DNA of 44,946 nt from Tubiluchus corallicola (taxonomy: Eukaryota > Animalia > Priapulida). This document shows positions 1 to 18,221 of this stretch, piece after piece. The first letter of the stretch is position 1; each line of letters starts with the position of its first letter. The notes beneath the pieces were generated by a model. That model was not told the DNA's origin. It saw nothing but the letters and a program-made list of their open reading frames with translations, and searched no databases. A program made the translations under genes and the position numbers. The stretch spans positions 1-44,946 of the forward strand of contig JAQGDQ010001354.1 of assembly GCA_030141605.1 (NCBI GenBank), read 5' to 3'.

Positions 1-3266
<3,266 letters not shown>

Positions 3267-3394
3267 CTTGAAATAAAACTGAAAAATCTCTTATGAAAAG
3301 GAATTTTAAAATCTTCAATTCTAAAGAAGCAGTCAGTGCAATACCTTCAAAGTACGCTTTCCATCATTGTCCCTCTGTCTGTCTTCCCCTTCAA

Positions 3395-4209
<815 letters not shown>

Positions 4210-4221
<12 letters not shown>

Positions 4222-5213
4222 TTGTTATATTCACACTGTTCATCTAAATAAACATGATGACCAAATGCACTATGTTATACTGCTATAACGTTAACTAGTA
4301 TACATTATGTAACAATGTAGCATTATGTACAGTATATACCATATCATGTAGCATAATGTTTGTTTCATAATGGCAAATTTTGTGATTTGTTACATAATGC
4401 AGCACGTTTTATTACATAATACTGCATTGTTGCATAATGACCTTTTTGTTCCATAATGAACCTTAATTACATTACTAGCACACGTTATGAAACTCGATGT
4501 ATTTACAACTGCGTAATAATTCCTAATAGTATTATCCTTAAAATGTAATCCACACTCTATTGCCAGATGCTCATACTCATAGATATAGCACTCACCACCA
4601 TTTGAAATAGCCCCCCCCCCCTTACCTAGATGCAGAACAGAGATATTCAAGAACAGTTTTGTCTCAAATGGCTTATTTAATTTGCAAATTTAAGTTTTGA
4701 TTCATTTTAATTTATTTCGTTCATGTATCTTGTAACAGTGTAATAGTGCTTGTCACGGTATGTTCTACCTTATTATGCTGTTGTAAATACATCGAGTTTC
4801 ATAACGCGTGCTAGTAATGCAGTTAAGGTTCATTATGGAACAAAAAGGTCATTATGCAAGAATGCAGTATTATGTAATGAAACGTGCTGCATTATGTAAC
4901 AAATCACAAAATTTGCTATTATGAAACAAATATTATGCTACATGATATGGTATATACTGTACATAATGCTACATTGTTACATAATGAATACTAGTTAACG
5001 TTATAACAGTGTAACATAGTGTAATATTATTATAAATTATAATATATTATATTATATATATTATATATATATATAAACGTTATATATATATATATATTAT
5101 ATATAAACATTATATATATATTATATATTATTTATTATATATTATATATATTAAATCATATATAATGTTTATTTAAATGAACGGTGTGAATATAACAAGA
5201 GAGAGAGGGAGAG

Positions 5214-5267
<54 letters not shown>
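4210..5267. mobile_element. Foldback/MITE-like element with ~300-bp inverted arms ending in (CT)n/(AG)n
   Basis: 4221-4519 is the reverse complement of ~4771-5200 (the right arm has an AT-rich insert at ~5025-5165); ~250-bp spacer. Confidence 0.8.
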
Positions 5268-5272
<5 letters not shown>

Positions 5273-5685
5273 ATTTTGATTTAGCTTTTATTTCAAATCA
5301 AAGGTTCATATATATATATATATATATATAGTTCAATATATATATATATATATACATATACAAATATATATATATATACATATATACAAATATAAAATAT
5401 CACAGCGTTAAATTTTTTGTGCTGTACTGTAATTCAATCTTATTTATGTATCAAAATATTCATACATATAATAAAATTTAAATGCATTAAGCAATAAAAT
5501 ATGTACAATAATAAACCAGACCGGAGGGGGGGGGGACAAAGAGTAAAATTACTGCTTACACGTATCTGCAGATATATAAAGGTTTTGAAAAGTCAGATTT
5601 CATTAATCTCTGACTAAATAATTTATGGGAGGCGGCATTTACCAATGGAGACCCATTTACATGTTCAGGATGAAAATTTCAGGAC

Positions 5686-6198
5686 TTGACAACTCTATTA
5701 GCAAATGAATGTTGAGTTACAGATGATACACATCTTTTTACATAAACTTTGTGGCAATAACCCTTGAAAATTCTAGAAGCATGTTTTAGTAATTCATTCT
5801 ATGTAAATCATTTTCCCTATGAATAATATTGTAGCACATTTTAGGTCATTATGAATTCCAGTAATTGACAACTCTATTGGCAAACGAATGTTGAGTTACA
5901 GATCCTTTGACATAAACTTTGTGGCAATAACCCTTAAAAATTCTAGAAGTATGGGTAAAAAATTCATTCTATGTAAATCATTTTCCCCATGAATAATATT
6001 GTAGCGCATTTTAGATCATTATGAATTCCAGTAATTGACAACTCTATTGGCAAACGAATGTTGAGTTACAGATCCTTTTACATAAACTTTGTGGCAATAA
6101 CCCTTAAAAATTCTAGAAGTATGGGTAAAAAATTCATTCTATGTAAATCATTTTCCCCATGAGTAATATTGTAGCACATTTTAGATCATTATGAATTC
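5686..6198. repeat. Tandem repeat, ~170-bp unit x3
   Basis: ttgacaactctatt recurs at ~5686, 5865 and 6035. Confidence 0.9.
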
Positions 6199-6310
6199 GT
6201 CTCTCTTCTAATAACAACATATTCAAAGCTAAAAGTCTCTTAAATTAATACACAGCAGTAAAACCGCATCTATTATGATCGTAACGATAAATAAACATTA
6301 TCATTACAGA

Positions 6311-6325
6311 AAACTCACCTGTTTA
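6311..6325 (-). other. Candidate splice donor of a non-coding first exon of the collagen-domain gene
   Basis: Consensus CAG|GTGAGT at 6319/6318 on the minus strand, upstream of the acceptor at ~3279; assignment is inference. Confidence 0.35.
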
Positions 6326-6836
6326 AACTTCTTGAACACTTCTGTCACAACAGGCCAACAACTTGTGTCAATCGTTTTGTCTGATTTGGCGGGTGCCTGA
6401 ACCTTTTGTTACTTGATTCTTTCAACATTGAGCAGAACGAAACGCCCCGATAGTTCTGTGACCTTTTTAATGTAGCAACAGTGTCGCTGGACAGAATTCT
6501 GATAGGGTGGCATAATGTTTGTGACGTTTTTCATTTCAATTAGGAGAACTGGCATTTACAACTGTGGCGATGTAATGTCGGATAAGCTTTTAACAACGTG
6601 GATTGTAATATTTATAAAGTTGTTCATTTCAATAATACTATATGAGAAATTCGTTCTGGCATTTGAAAGTTAAGACTACTGTTTAACTCTCAAGTGTCCA
6701 TAACGTGTCTTTTGTGAAGCCTGTACGTTTCTTTTGCAGCTTCGTGTGTTTCATTTTGGAAATTAAAAGGTTAATCGAGATATATAAACAGAATTTCAGT
6801 TTTTTTCCCTTCAGTTTGTTCTGAAATCTCACTTTA

Positions 6837-8728
6837 GTTTAAACATAATTTATTTAGGAATGGATCAGACAGTTTGAACAACATGATTTAGGATCCTCAA
6901 CACAACAGACTTTATACACTATTTACAAAAACATTTACAGTAAAAATAGACTATAACTACACAAGCTGACAACTTTTACTACAAGAATACATTAGACATT
7001 AGTAGAAAATGACGGTTAGAAAATATTAATGTACGATTATTTAAGACTGATGCATTTCATATCAGATAGAAACTACTGGAAGCGTTTAGTACGTAATATA
7101 AAGTCATGTATACATTGGAATATTTTACAGTTAGCAACATAGTTAAATTCATCTTTTCCGAATAATAACAACTTCAACAGATCATTATTTCCTAAGGCAG
7201 CTATATTAAGGTTTTCGGGCAGAAGTATTTCATTTAATTTATCAAACATAACAACCTTAGTTTGTTGATACAATGGGAGTGCAACAAAAAGTGTTCAACA
7301 GACTCAAATCGAAATCCACAGTTACAATTCGGCAATATTGGATGACCGTTATTATCTTTACAGCCTTTAGAGAAAAGGTCGTAGTTTAGCTGAGAAAATT
7401 CCGATTCTCATGCGCGTAAGATGCACTGAAATTGGAGGTTTACCAAATGAAAAATGTTTCTTACGCAACGAAAAACTTAGATGAGATTTGAGCTCTTGTT
7501 TGAATTGTGAAATGGATGTAATTTCACGAATGTTCTGTGGTAAGTTGTTCCACATGTTAATGGTCGATATGAAAAACGATTATTCACAGCTAACAGAACG
7601 GCAATTAAAATTTCTGTATTTAGTACCACTGCGTATATAATAGGGGGTAACTTCGTTAACCTTTGGCGGCAGAATTGCACTTAAATAGTGGGGCACTAAG
7701 TCATTGATTATTTTGAAGAAAAGACATAGGCGATGATAATGGAAGCGTGTCACTAATTTAGTGAAGCCGCTATCAGACAAGATACTTGCAGGGGAAGATC
7801 GAAACATAGCGCCAGAATAGATTCTAGCAGCAGTTAGCTGAATATTTTCTAACAAACGTATACTGTTTTCACTGCATCCTGACCATACTACGTTACCATA
7901 TTCGATGGCAGGGAGAATAGTCGTAATGAATAATCGTTCCCGCGTAGCTCTGGGCATATTAACTGACACGCGTCGAAAGTTGTTTAGCTTTAGAATTGCT
8001 TTGTCTCCCATTTTTGAGACGTGATAGTTCCAGTTCAGGTCCGATGTAAGATGAATACCTAAATGTTTGTGAACATTTACAATTTTCAGTGGAGTATTAG
8101 ATAAATACAGAGTACGATGTTGAGGAGAATCGGATTTACGGGAGAAAAGCATGACTTCGGTCTTATTTGGATTAAATTTAACCAACCAATGTTTGGCCCA
8201 GTTTTCAATTATTCTGAGATCTGCCTTTAAGGGATTTGCTGATGTATATGGGTCATCCTTAAACGAATCCATTAAAACCGTATCGTCTGCAAAAAGGCGA
8301 ATATCAGATTGAATGTCTTCTGTTATATCATTAACATACACTAAAAATAGAAGGGGACCTACGATAGAACCTTGGGGGACGCCAGATAAAAGTGACCTCG
8401 CATCAGCTGTATTACCGTTTAGCGTTACTCTTTGTGTTCGGTTACGAAGGTAAGCTGATAGCCAAGACAGAAGTTGGCCACTTACTCCATACTGCTTTAA
8501 TTTGAATATCAAGCCTACATGCCACACCTTATCAAAAGCTTTACTGATGTCCAGAAAAACGCTACAGATTTCAGCACCGTCGTCTAAACTTGTATACAAA
8601 TTGTGAACGATTGAAACTAGCTGGTTGATTGTGCTATCGTTTGATTTGAACCCCGAGTTCTTTTCCGTCAAAAAGTTATTATCAATAGCAAAGTAGTTAT
8701 ACATCTGATTAAAGACAACGCGTTCTAG
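6837..8728 (-). mobile_element. 5'-truncated CR1/L2-group LINE with reverse transcriptase, flanked by a 14-bp TSD
   Basis: ORF 7580-8704 has FLDISKAFDKVWH, SGVPQGS, GPLLFLVYVND, LFADD, HKHLG; frameshifted C-terminal pieces at 7367-7555 and 7073-7273; gaaatctcacttta duplicated at 6823-6836 and 8729-8742. Confidence 0.93.
7580..8704 (-). pseudogene. LINE ORF2 reverse transcriptase domain (truncated, frameshifted downstream)
   Basis: Non-LTR RT motifs as above; no endonuclease domain present. Confidence 0.9.
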
Positions 8729-9559
8729 GAAATCTCACTTTACGTGATGTGGCTGACACTCGCCATTGCGTTTGCTGGGTTTATACCCATATTAGGTGAA
8801 TAATTTATTATGTAAAAATTAAAAATTATATATGCGTATGATATACATAAATCGGGGATTGTGTAGTCCTCCTTGGTGGTGTGACGAATAATGCATATAG
8901 TTTATTTTAATGTCAACAGAGGGCAGTGCGTAGGTTGCGCTATGTAACATTATGAAAGTGTTTATAGCTCATGAGTTTGTGTGGGAAGTAACTTAAATTA
9001 TTACTTTAACATCGGTAATAACAGACATGATAAACGTAATACAAACTATAAACATTTTTCTGATACCTTTTTTGTTTATTGCTGAACGTAGAACCAAAAA
9101 AATGACTAAACTAAACAGTGTCACGTTACGAAAGTTGATGAAGCGGAGGTCTTTCGTGTATATTTACATTAATATCAAGGCAATGGTCAGCGTAGGGTTT
9201 TTGTATAAGTTAACTAAGCGACAGCTTAGGGTTCCGGGGAAATCACGTGACGCGAAAGAGCGGCTTATGCTACGAATGTCGTTAAAACGGAAAGGATTAC
9301 TTTTAAGTAAACTCCACGTAAAGCGACTGACATTACTAAACTGATGCGGCGGACGGCTTTGCTTTACACACACGTCTCGTGACGGTTGTAGTGTACACTT
9401 AATCTTTGTCCAACAGCAACTGCGCGTGCATACAATGAAACTGTGAAAAAGCTTATTGTTCAGGAGAAAGATCATTTTCACAGCTAAAGAGAATCGAAAA
9501 GAGCAACCATGACTCAACAAATATTGTGTCACTTAGCAGAGAAGGTGACAAATCACGAC

Positions 9560-9690
9560 ATGATCAAGGATTTTGCTCTTGGGAAATGAAGAAAGGAAAT
9601 GTTTTAAACCAAAACCGAACCCGATCTTAAACTGTAAGTCAAAACAGTCTACTCTTTAATTAAAACATTGAAAAGGAACATCAAATATTG
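9560..9690 (+). repeat. Dispersed repeat, copy 1 (others at ~21641-21760 + and ~23500-23670 -)
   Basis: Shared cttaaact.t..gtcaaaaca.tctactcttta...attgaaa motif. Confidence 0.65.
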
Positions 9691-11058
9691 TCATAAGCCA
9701 CTGATGTAAAAGAATTAAAAATACGCTTCGGCTCACCTATACAACAGGTCACTAATATAGAAAAGAATATCGGTTAGATTTTCTTGTAAGAAATCACCCT
9801 TAATTATCATTGCTATAGGCTATAAATGACATATATATGTAAAATAATACCTATATATAAATAAATAAATATATATATATATATATATTATAATGTGAAA
9901 TATAATAATAATTAATTTCACATTATTTTTGCATATGTCAAATAATAATTATATATATATATATATTGATAGATAGATACATACATGTATATATGTATAA
10001 GTGTGTGTATTTATGTACAATTATAATTTTAGATGCACATAATTACAATACGCATATATATATACGAATTTTTTAAGCTTTATGTAAGTGGAGGGTTTTC
10101 TTGTGCTTTTTAATATGTGTGATACTAGTTTATGTCCACGTGGAGAAGAGCAAACTCCTCAGCACATTTTATTCAAATGAAGTAAATTAGAAAACTCGAA
10201 AAATGGATTTTGACAGAAATAGCTGACGTATTTATGCAGGAAATATCATACTTCAGTCTGCTAAAGATCTGACGATGTCTTTTAGTAACCTAATGAGAGA
10301 GAGTTTTACATTAAATAATTGTTAATTTCGACACGCTCCAGTATGCCACTTATGTATGTGTATCAGGTTAATTCATGTGTAAAATAATCGTGACTCAATG
10401 GAAAAAGTTAAATCTAATCTAAGTATTACACTTTATTGGTGTACATAGTGTGAAACTAAAATTGTTTAAAAGACTTTGAGATATGACGAGTCCTTTTTTG
10501 TAAAATTAAATTTTTAGAAATTGGCACGAAGTTCTTTAGAAGAGAATAATATTACTAAGTTTTACTGCACTAAAAATCTGTGTAAAATCTCTTCAGCCTA
10601 GGCAAACCGTTCATAATTGACAATTAGCCTATAGCTACGCAAGATCGATAATTATTAATTTGAGTAAACAGCGCGTTACTGCCAACGTACGTCCTGTATG
10701 CAAAAAGGCAGTATGTAAGTGGTATAAAATTTCAAGAAGAATTTTCAAGCTTCATGTAAGTGGAAGGTTTCCTTGTACTTCAATCTCTGGTATACAACCA
10801 AACAGACACGTCTTAGAACTATTCTTAAGCGAGAATAAAATATTACATTGCCTGCATCGTGTTTGAACAACTGAAACACACAGTGACAGAAAACCCCGCA
10901 GTTTGAAGGGAGACTTGCACTTAATTGTTGCTTTTATACTGAACATGTATAAACAGACTATTCCGTGATTTATCTTTTCTCTATGAACAGTGTAAATATT
11001 GTAATTATAATTTCAGTATTTAGAATTATTTAAAACTCTATTTTCGTTTCTGAATTTC

Positions 11059-11269
<211 letters not shown>

Positions 11270-12338
11270 ATAAATTCACATTACGTCTTTGACTTTTTAC
11301 AAATCAAAAGATGGCCGACTTGTAATGATTCATAAAATGCGGACCGACATTTTGACATTGAAACAGTTAGTAAACACGTATGTTTAGAGAGTGAATTGGT
11401 TTTTAAAACGCTATGTAAATAATTTATGTACATTGCATTTTAATTAACGAGATGTTTACGTATAGTGTGACTGGTTTTGACTGCCCATTCTATACGTTCA
11501 GCCTAGTTTTTTTTACATAACTTTGAGAGTGATTGTCATGCGCTAGAGGTGCACGTTAGGTATTCATAAGGTTACATAATTCGGGACGTAATCAAAAAGA
11601 ATAATTGCTTTTACGACAATCAGGACACAAATAGTTGCTATCTTCAGAACGAAATGAGGAAATATGACCTTTCAAGAAAGGAATGCCGATTGATCAGTCG
11701 ATGGCACGAACAAATTCATTACAAATTGTACCAAATTTAGCACAAGCGCTGTTGGCCGGTACCACAAATCTTACAAAATGCCTGTGCGTGAGGGAATTTG
11801 TAGATATTGCTGACCTTAAGAATGACCTATGTACGTACGCGGGCGGGGCTCGGGGGGGGGGGTGATGGCTTGCCCTCCCAGGGCGAATGAATTGAACATT
11901 TTCAGGGCAAAAGCTGGTTACTTTCAGGGAAATTCGGCTTTAAAACTTGAAAATTTAAGTTTTTTAACTCAAAAATTGTTCACGTACAGCATTTCATCTT
12001 TTTAACGGCTGCACTTAAAGTGTTTCTTGAATGGCGAATTATTTTTAACTATTAGTAAAATTAAAGTATAATAGTTAAGAACTTATTGTAAATTTAAGAA
12101 TAATTACTCTATGGAAAATTATTTCTTTATGTGATTCTGTATGTAGTGAAGCAAAAATTGCACTTACTAAGTTACGTATCAGCTCACATTCTCTTGCCAT
12201 AAAAACTGGAGACAAATGTGACGGCCCCAGAGGTCTATGGTGCCTCACTCCAATACCATATTTGCCCTTGCACCACAATTGTTATTACTGTTATTGCTCG
12301 TAACTACTTCATAGTAGCCTACTGTTTATAGCTTCCTC

Positions 12339-12658
12339 CAGGGCCTATTTCAGGGGCGGGGAGTGGGGATACTTCCCCGGAGCCTCACCCTCTAGGGGGG
12401 TCTCGCGCCAAGGTAACATTTTTTTTTGGTTTGTATGAACATACTGCCTCCTCTCTCCCTCTCTCTCTCTCTCTCTTGCTGCACGCGCGCCGTTTGCCAG
12501 TATTGAAAAGTGTTAAGGACTGGTCTTGAGAATAAAGCAGTTTTTCTTTCAATTGTTCTTTCCTTTAACAACTGTATAACTCCATATTTTCTCTTCGAAA
12601 ATGCTTCTCCGGTGTTCTAGCAGTTCAAAACGTTTTCTGGGCACCAACCATGGTGGCA

Positions 12659-12689
<31 letters not shown>

Positions 12690-12752
12690 ACCCACGAGGG
12701 GGCCTCACACGCCCCACTTCCCCGGGCCTCGCTTAGGCTGAAATAGCCTCTG
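12339..12752. mobile_element. hAT-like MITE candidate
   Basis: Imperfect TIR cagggcctatttcag / ctgaaatagcctctg with GC-rich subterminal regions; no clean 8-bp TSD. Confidence 0.45.
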
Positions 12753-13848
12753 GCTACTGTTTGAGCATAGACAGTAATAGGTATTTAGTTTGTTCTAGCT
12801 TCCCCTCTTACAGTGGTAATCGGTTATTCTATGAAGCACTTGCTTGACACTGACCTATTTTCTGATTGCCGTTACCTGTGTGAAAATAGACAGTCTGTAT
12901 GGGCTATGCGACGTTCAGTTACACACACGTCAAAAGTGGTAGAAATGTTTTCACTTTTAACTAGCCCAGACAAACGTAGATTGATTATCAGTAGTTTGAT
13001 GCGTTGAACCTTTATTGTTCCAAATTACACTAATGAATGGAGCGTTTGGTGCAAGAACTAGTTGCAGTGTAATTGTTATGGAGGAACTGGGTACATCCAC
13101 TATGAGATGGTGATTAGTGGCCGTATTTGATGGACTGGTAAATAACCACAGCTGGTGAGACCATCGTGGTGGTGGACGTCAGCCTTAGAGTTATTAGAGT
13201 CGTTGCTTGAGAGGATTGCCATACGAGTCAGCCATTAGTGACGCTTGGAGTTCCCAGGACCAATGATGAGAGTACGCTGCTGGTGAGCAACAGATACCAG
13301 TCGTCAGGAGCTCCTTTTTTGCTCTTTGTGGTGAACAGGACTTGTTGAAAAACCTACCGACCAACCGGACGTCTGTACGTTATTTCTCCCATTGCGTGGC
13401 GCCACGGTATGAGTATTTAGCTAGAGCACAAATATTAATGAGGTAGCTATACGTTATGTACATTTTATGCGTTTGCATTACAACCTAGCTTAATATGTTA
13501 AAATTATCATGCCAAAATATATCGTTAAACCTAAGCTTAACTCTTTTGCTATTTATGTATGAAGACGTAATCGATGCCTGATGACTAAAGGAGTAACACC
13601 GTGAGAACCCCTCGTAGCTATAAGCGCTTATCACACTCGGCTAGTAGTCAGGTCTCGGGTACTTCCTCACCCTAAGAACCGACCCCATTACGCCGTCACA
13701 AGACATCATAAACCTATTAAAATACCTGATCATCAAAACGTATGTATGTAGTAACGAGCTTTGTCGTTGGTGATCCTTTGATCGTGCTACAAGTACATTT
13801 TAGTTGAGAACAGATATATACAACTGGTTATCAAGAATATAGTTACAC

Positions 13849-15868
13849 AGATAGCTCAAAAACACAAGTAAATCATTAGTTAACACTTAAAATTGAAATA
13901 TACAAAGCCCACAGAGTACAGAAGTGATACCAGAAACAATTATCAATGTACATCATCCTATTAGTTATACGAAAGTACTATTATAATATATTCTTATAAT
14001 ATAATATAGATAGTTAGTTCAAAAACACAAGTAATTCATTAGTTAACACTTAAAATTGAAATATACAAAACCCACAGAGTACAGAAGTGATACTAGAAAC
14101 AATTATCAATGTACATCATCCTATTAGCTATATAAAAGTACTATTATAATATATTCTTGTAATATAATATAGATAGCTAGTTCAAAAACACAAGTAATTC
14201 ATTAGTTAACACTTGAAATTGAAATATACGAAGCCCGCAGAGTACAGAAGCGATACGAGAAACAATAGTTATCAATGTACATCATCCTATTAGCTATATA
14301 AAAGTACTATTATAATATATTCTTGTAATATAATATAAATAGCTAGTTCAAAAACACAAGTAATTCATTAGTTAACACTTAAAATTGAAATATACAAAGC
14401 TCACAGAGTACAGAAGCGATACCAGAAACAATTATCAATGTACATCATCCTATTAGTTATACAAAAGTATGATTATAATATATTCTTGTAATATAATATA
14501 GATAGTTAGTTCAAAAACACAAGTAATTCATTAGTTAACACTTTAAATTGAAATATACAAAGCCCACAGAGTACAGAAGTGATACCAGAAACAATTATCA
14601 ATGTACATCATCCTATTAGTTATACGAAAGTACTATTATAATATATTCTTATAATATAATATAAATAGCTAGTTCAAAAACACAAGTAATTCATTAGTTA
14701 ACACTTAAAATTGAAATATACAAAACTCACAGAGTACAGAAGCGATACCAGAAACAATTATCAATGTACATCATCCTATTAGTTATACAAAAGTATGATT
14801 ATAATATATTCTTATAATATAATATAGATAGTTAGTTCAAAAACACAAGTAATTCATTAGTTAACACTTAAATTTGAAATATACAAAGCCCACAGAGTAC
14901 AGAAGTGATACCAGAAACAATTATCAATGTACATCGTTGTATTAATTATACAAAAGTACTATTATAATATATTCTTGTAATATAATATAGATAGTTAGTT
15001 CAAAAACACAAGTAATTCATTAGTTAACACTTAAAATTGAAATATACAAAGCCCACAGAGTACAGAAGTGATACCAGAAACAATTATCAATGTACATCGT
15101 TGTATTAATTATACAAAAGTACTATTATAATATATTCTTGTAATATAATATAGATAGTTAGTTCAAAAACATAAGTAATTCATTAGTTAACACTTAAAAT
15201 TGAAATATACAAAGCCCACAGAGTACAAGTGATACCAGAAACAATTATCAATGTACATCGTTGTATTAATTATACGAAAGTACTATTATAATATATTCTT
15301 GTAATATAATATAGATAGTTAGTTCAAAAACACAAGTAATTCATTAGTTAACACTTAAAATTGAAATATACAAAGCCCACAGAGTACAGAAGTGATACCA
15401 GAAACAATTATCAATGTACATCGTTGTATTAATTATACAAAAGTACTATTATAATATATTCTTGTAATATAATATAGATAGTTAGTTCAAAAACATAAGT
15501 AATTCATTAGTTAACACTTAAAATTGAAATATACAAAGCCCACAGAGTACAGAAGTGATACCAGAAACAATTATCAATGTACATCGTTGTATTAATTATA
15601 CGAAAGTACTATTATAATATATTCTTGTAATATAATATAGATAGTTAGTTCAAAAACACAAGTAATTCATTAGTTAACACTTAAAATTGAAATATACAAA
15701 GCCCAGAGAGTACAGAAGTGATACCAGAAACAATTATCAATGTACATCGTTGTATTAATTATACAAAAGTACTATTATAATATATTCTTATAATATAATA
15801 TAGATAGTTAGTTCAAAAACATAAGTAATTCATTAGTTAACACTTAAAATTGAAATATACAAAGCCCA
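13849..15868. repeat. Satellite array, 163-bp unit x ~12
   Basis: aaaacacaagtaattcattagttaacac recurs every ~163 bp. Confidence 0.96.
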
Positions 15869-16037
15869 GCCAAACCGCGAAAAATGGCTATTTGGGGAGC
15901 TTTTCTGACCCCCACCACCACCACCTCTTCCGGGTGGCTCCGCTTTCAAAAATGAAACCATCAGTAAAAAAATAAAACAAAATATGGCTCAGCAAACATA
16001 ATTAGTTTCTCGATCACTGAAATTTTGAAATCATTTT

Positions 16038-16250
16038 ATTTGACGGCCGCCATTTTGCTCTTTGCTTAATATGGCTGAGTACAAAAATTATGCATTTGAC
16101 GGCCGCCATTTTGTTCTTTGCTTAATATGGCTCAGTACAGAATTATGCATTTGACGGCGGCCATTTTGCTCTTTGCTTAATATGGCTGAGTACAGAATTA
16201 TGCATTTGACGGCGGCCATTTTGTTCTTTGCTTAATATGGCTCAGTACAA
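16038..16250. repeat. Minisatellite, ~55-bp unit x4
   Basis: tttgacggccgccattttg.tctttgcttaatatggct.agtaca repeated. Confidence 0.9.
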
Positions 16251-16859
16251 AAATTCTGTAATAAATGCACGAGTTTTTCTTACAGTGGCGGTTTTGTTTG
16301 AACTTCTGTAAGTTTTCTGGTCAAATACAAACTCTCAGAATAGATGACTATGTTTCAGCATTCTTTTAAAAAACTAAAATATTGATCAGCATATGTTCAA
16401 AATACAAAACAGCGTTTATAATCCAAAGTCCATATTTTATTATTAATTCACACCATAAAACTTTTGCTATATATACTAAAAATACATTTGGACTATTACA
16501 TACAGAACTGCATTAAATAATTACTGCACAATTTCTCTCATTTTACTCACAGACACACGTTCTCATTATAAGCACTCATAAATAACTAACTTATATTAAT
16601 ATTGATTGCACACAAAGCTATCAATAAAACAATCAATTGAAATCGATATTCAGTAATTTAATTTGGCAAAGATTTTTGTAAATTAAGGCCATCCTAACGT
16701 TTTACTTCTGTATTTCTCCTAAATCCTGCTCCAGTAAATTAATGCAGTAGTGTTGGTCAGTAATACATGCCACAGCCGAAGTTTAGACTACACTAATATC
16801 AGAAGCACGCGCAAGTTAAAAAATTTCACAGCCGGATAGTGGTTTAGTTTAGTTTTACT

Positions 16860-16897
16860 GGTTAGGTTAGGGTTAGGGTTAGGGTTAGGGTTAGGGT
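16860..16897 (+). repeat. Short interstitial (TTAGGG)n tract
   Basis: ggttaggttagggttagggttagggttagggttaggg. Confidence 0.85.
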
Positions 16898-17537
16898 TTT
16901 AGGACATTTTGCTGTTCGTGATGGCTGCTGACTCAGACAATGAGTAGTTGAAGTCATAATTGCACATTAGGTCTAATACAAACTGCCGATGCCAATTTCT
17001 GAAAAAGAATAAACATATATAAGTTGCTATTACACACTCATTAATGACGTGTAGTGTGAGAGTGGCGCAGGCGCAGTCTAGTTCAGTTCTGTATTCTAGT
17101 CTGATTTTGCAATTTCTACTCCAAGGCATAATAATATGATTCATAACTTTAGAGCACAGTAGCAACTCAGCAACGTAGAATAGCACGTTTCAGTTTTTCC
17201 AAAAAATGCGAAAAATGAAAAGCTTACAGAAAAGTCAATACAGTTAAGTTAACTTTATAGAAGATTCTTACTGCTTTAAACAACAAAACTACTAATCAAC
17301 GTTTTACTATAGGATTTTACTATATCAAATTTTAAGGCTGAATCTTTTTTAATCACTGTACTGATTGAAAATAATGAGCAAGGACTTTAATTTTCCTTTT
17401 TAAATCCACCTGCTAAAACAAGTCACGTTTTCACACAGACCGCATTGGCACCATTTCAGGAATAAAAGAGAAGAACACCCCCTCAACAAATAATTATGTG
17501 CAAACTGTCAGTGAAAACTGACCATGTGGATAAAGTT

Positions 17538-17688
17538 CTACAGAGCCCCTGAAAAGACATTGTGAAACAAATTTTAATATTTCACATAAATATAAACATA
17601 AATTTTTAATATTTTTTAATTAGTATTTCGTGCGCATGGATTAAACGAATTAAATTTTTTTCACCATGTCCCTTCGGGGGCTCCGCAG
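17538..17688. mobile_element. Small MITE (~150 bp)
   Basis: ctacagagcccctgaaaagacattgtgaaa versus reverse complement of the right end ctgcggagcccccgaagggacatggtgaaa. Confidence 0.7.
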
Positions 17689-18051
17689 AGTTCAGCGGTT
17701 TAAACATAATTCTTTTGAATGCCACACTACGTCACTGCCATTGTTTTGAAGGACCACGTGGCTGAGCAATTTTCAAGCAAAGTCTCGAGAAAGCACTCAC
17801 TTAAATGCAGAATAGTAAATTTGTAGTTTCGTTTGAGAAGTCAGCATTTGTGCAGCATTTTGGTGCTATCATAATTTAGCAAGAACGAAAATCTAATTCT
17901 CACTAGCGCTTTCTAAGACATCTGTAGTATTTATTCTACAATGAGAGAGACAAATATTTCTCCTCCTACGTTGCGTGCAAAAAGCGAATACTGGTGAATC
18001 TTGCCATGCGTGATACTAGTAAGCAAAGGGAAAGGCTCTGCACAAGTTCTC

Positions 18052-18221
18052 TTACCACCACTGATTGCCACAGTTACTGTACAAGCCTCCACTGCAAGGG
18101 GAGGGCCCACTACGAACTTCACAAAATTTGCCACTGCAACTCTTGGGACAACGACAAGTCTTTTTATTTCCAAAACTTATGCATCGTCCTCCATTTTTGC
18201 ACGGGAGCCAACATTTGTCTT
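18052..18221 (-). CDS. EGF gene last exon: [56 protein letters not shown]
   Basis: EGF Cys pattern with CKNGGxC; acceptor aattag; stop TAA at 18052-18054. Confidence 0.85.

Noticed and set aside
12780-13700. Possible solo LTR or plus-strand exon (higher complexity, acceptor-like site at 12812, ends ...gtcaca)
   Set aside because: No matching TG...CA pair with a TSD and no convincing ORF
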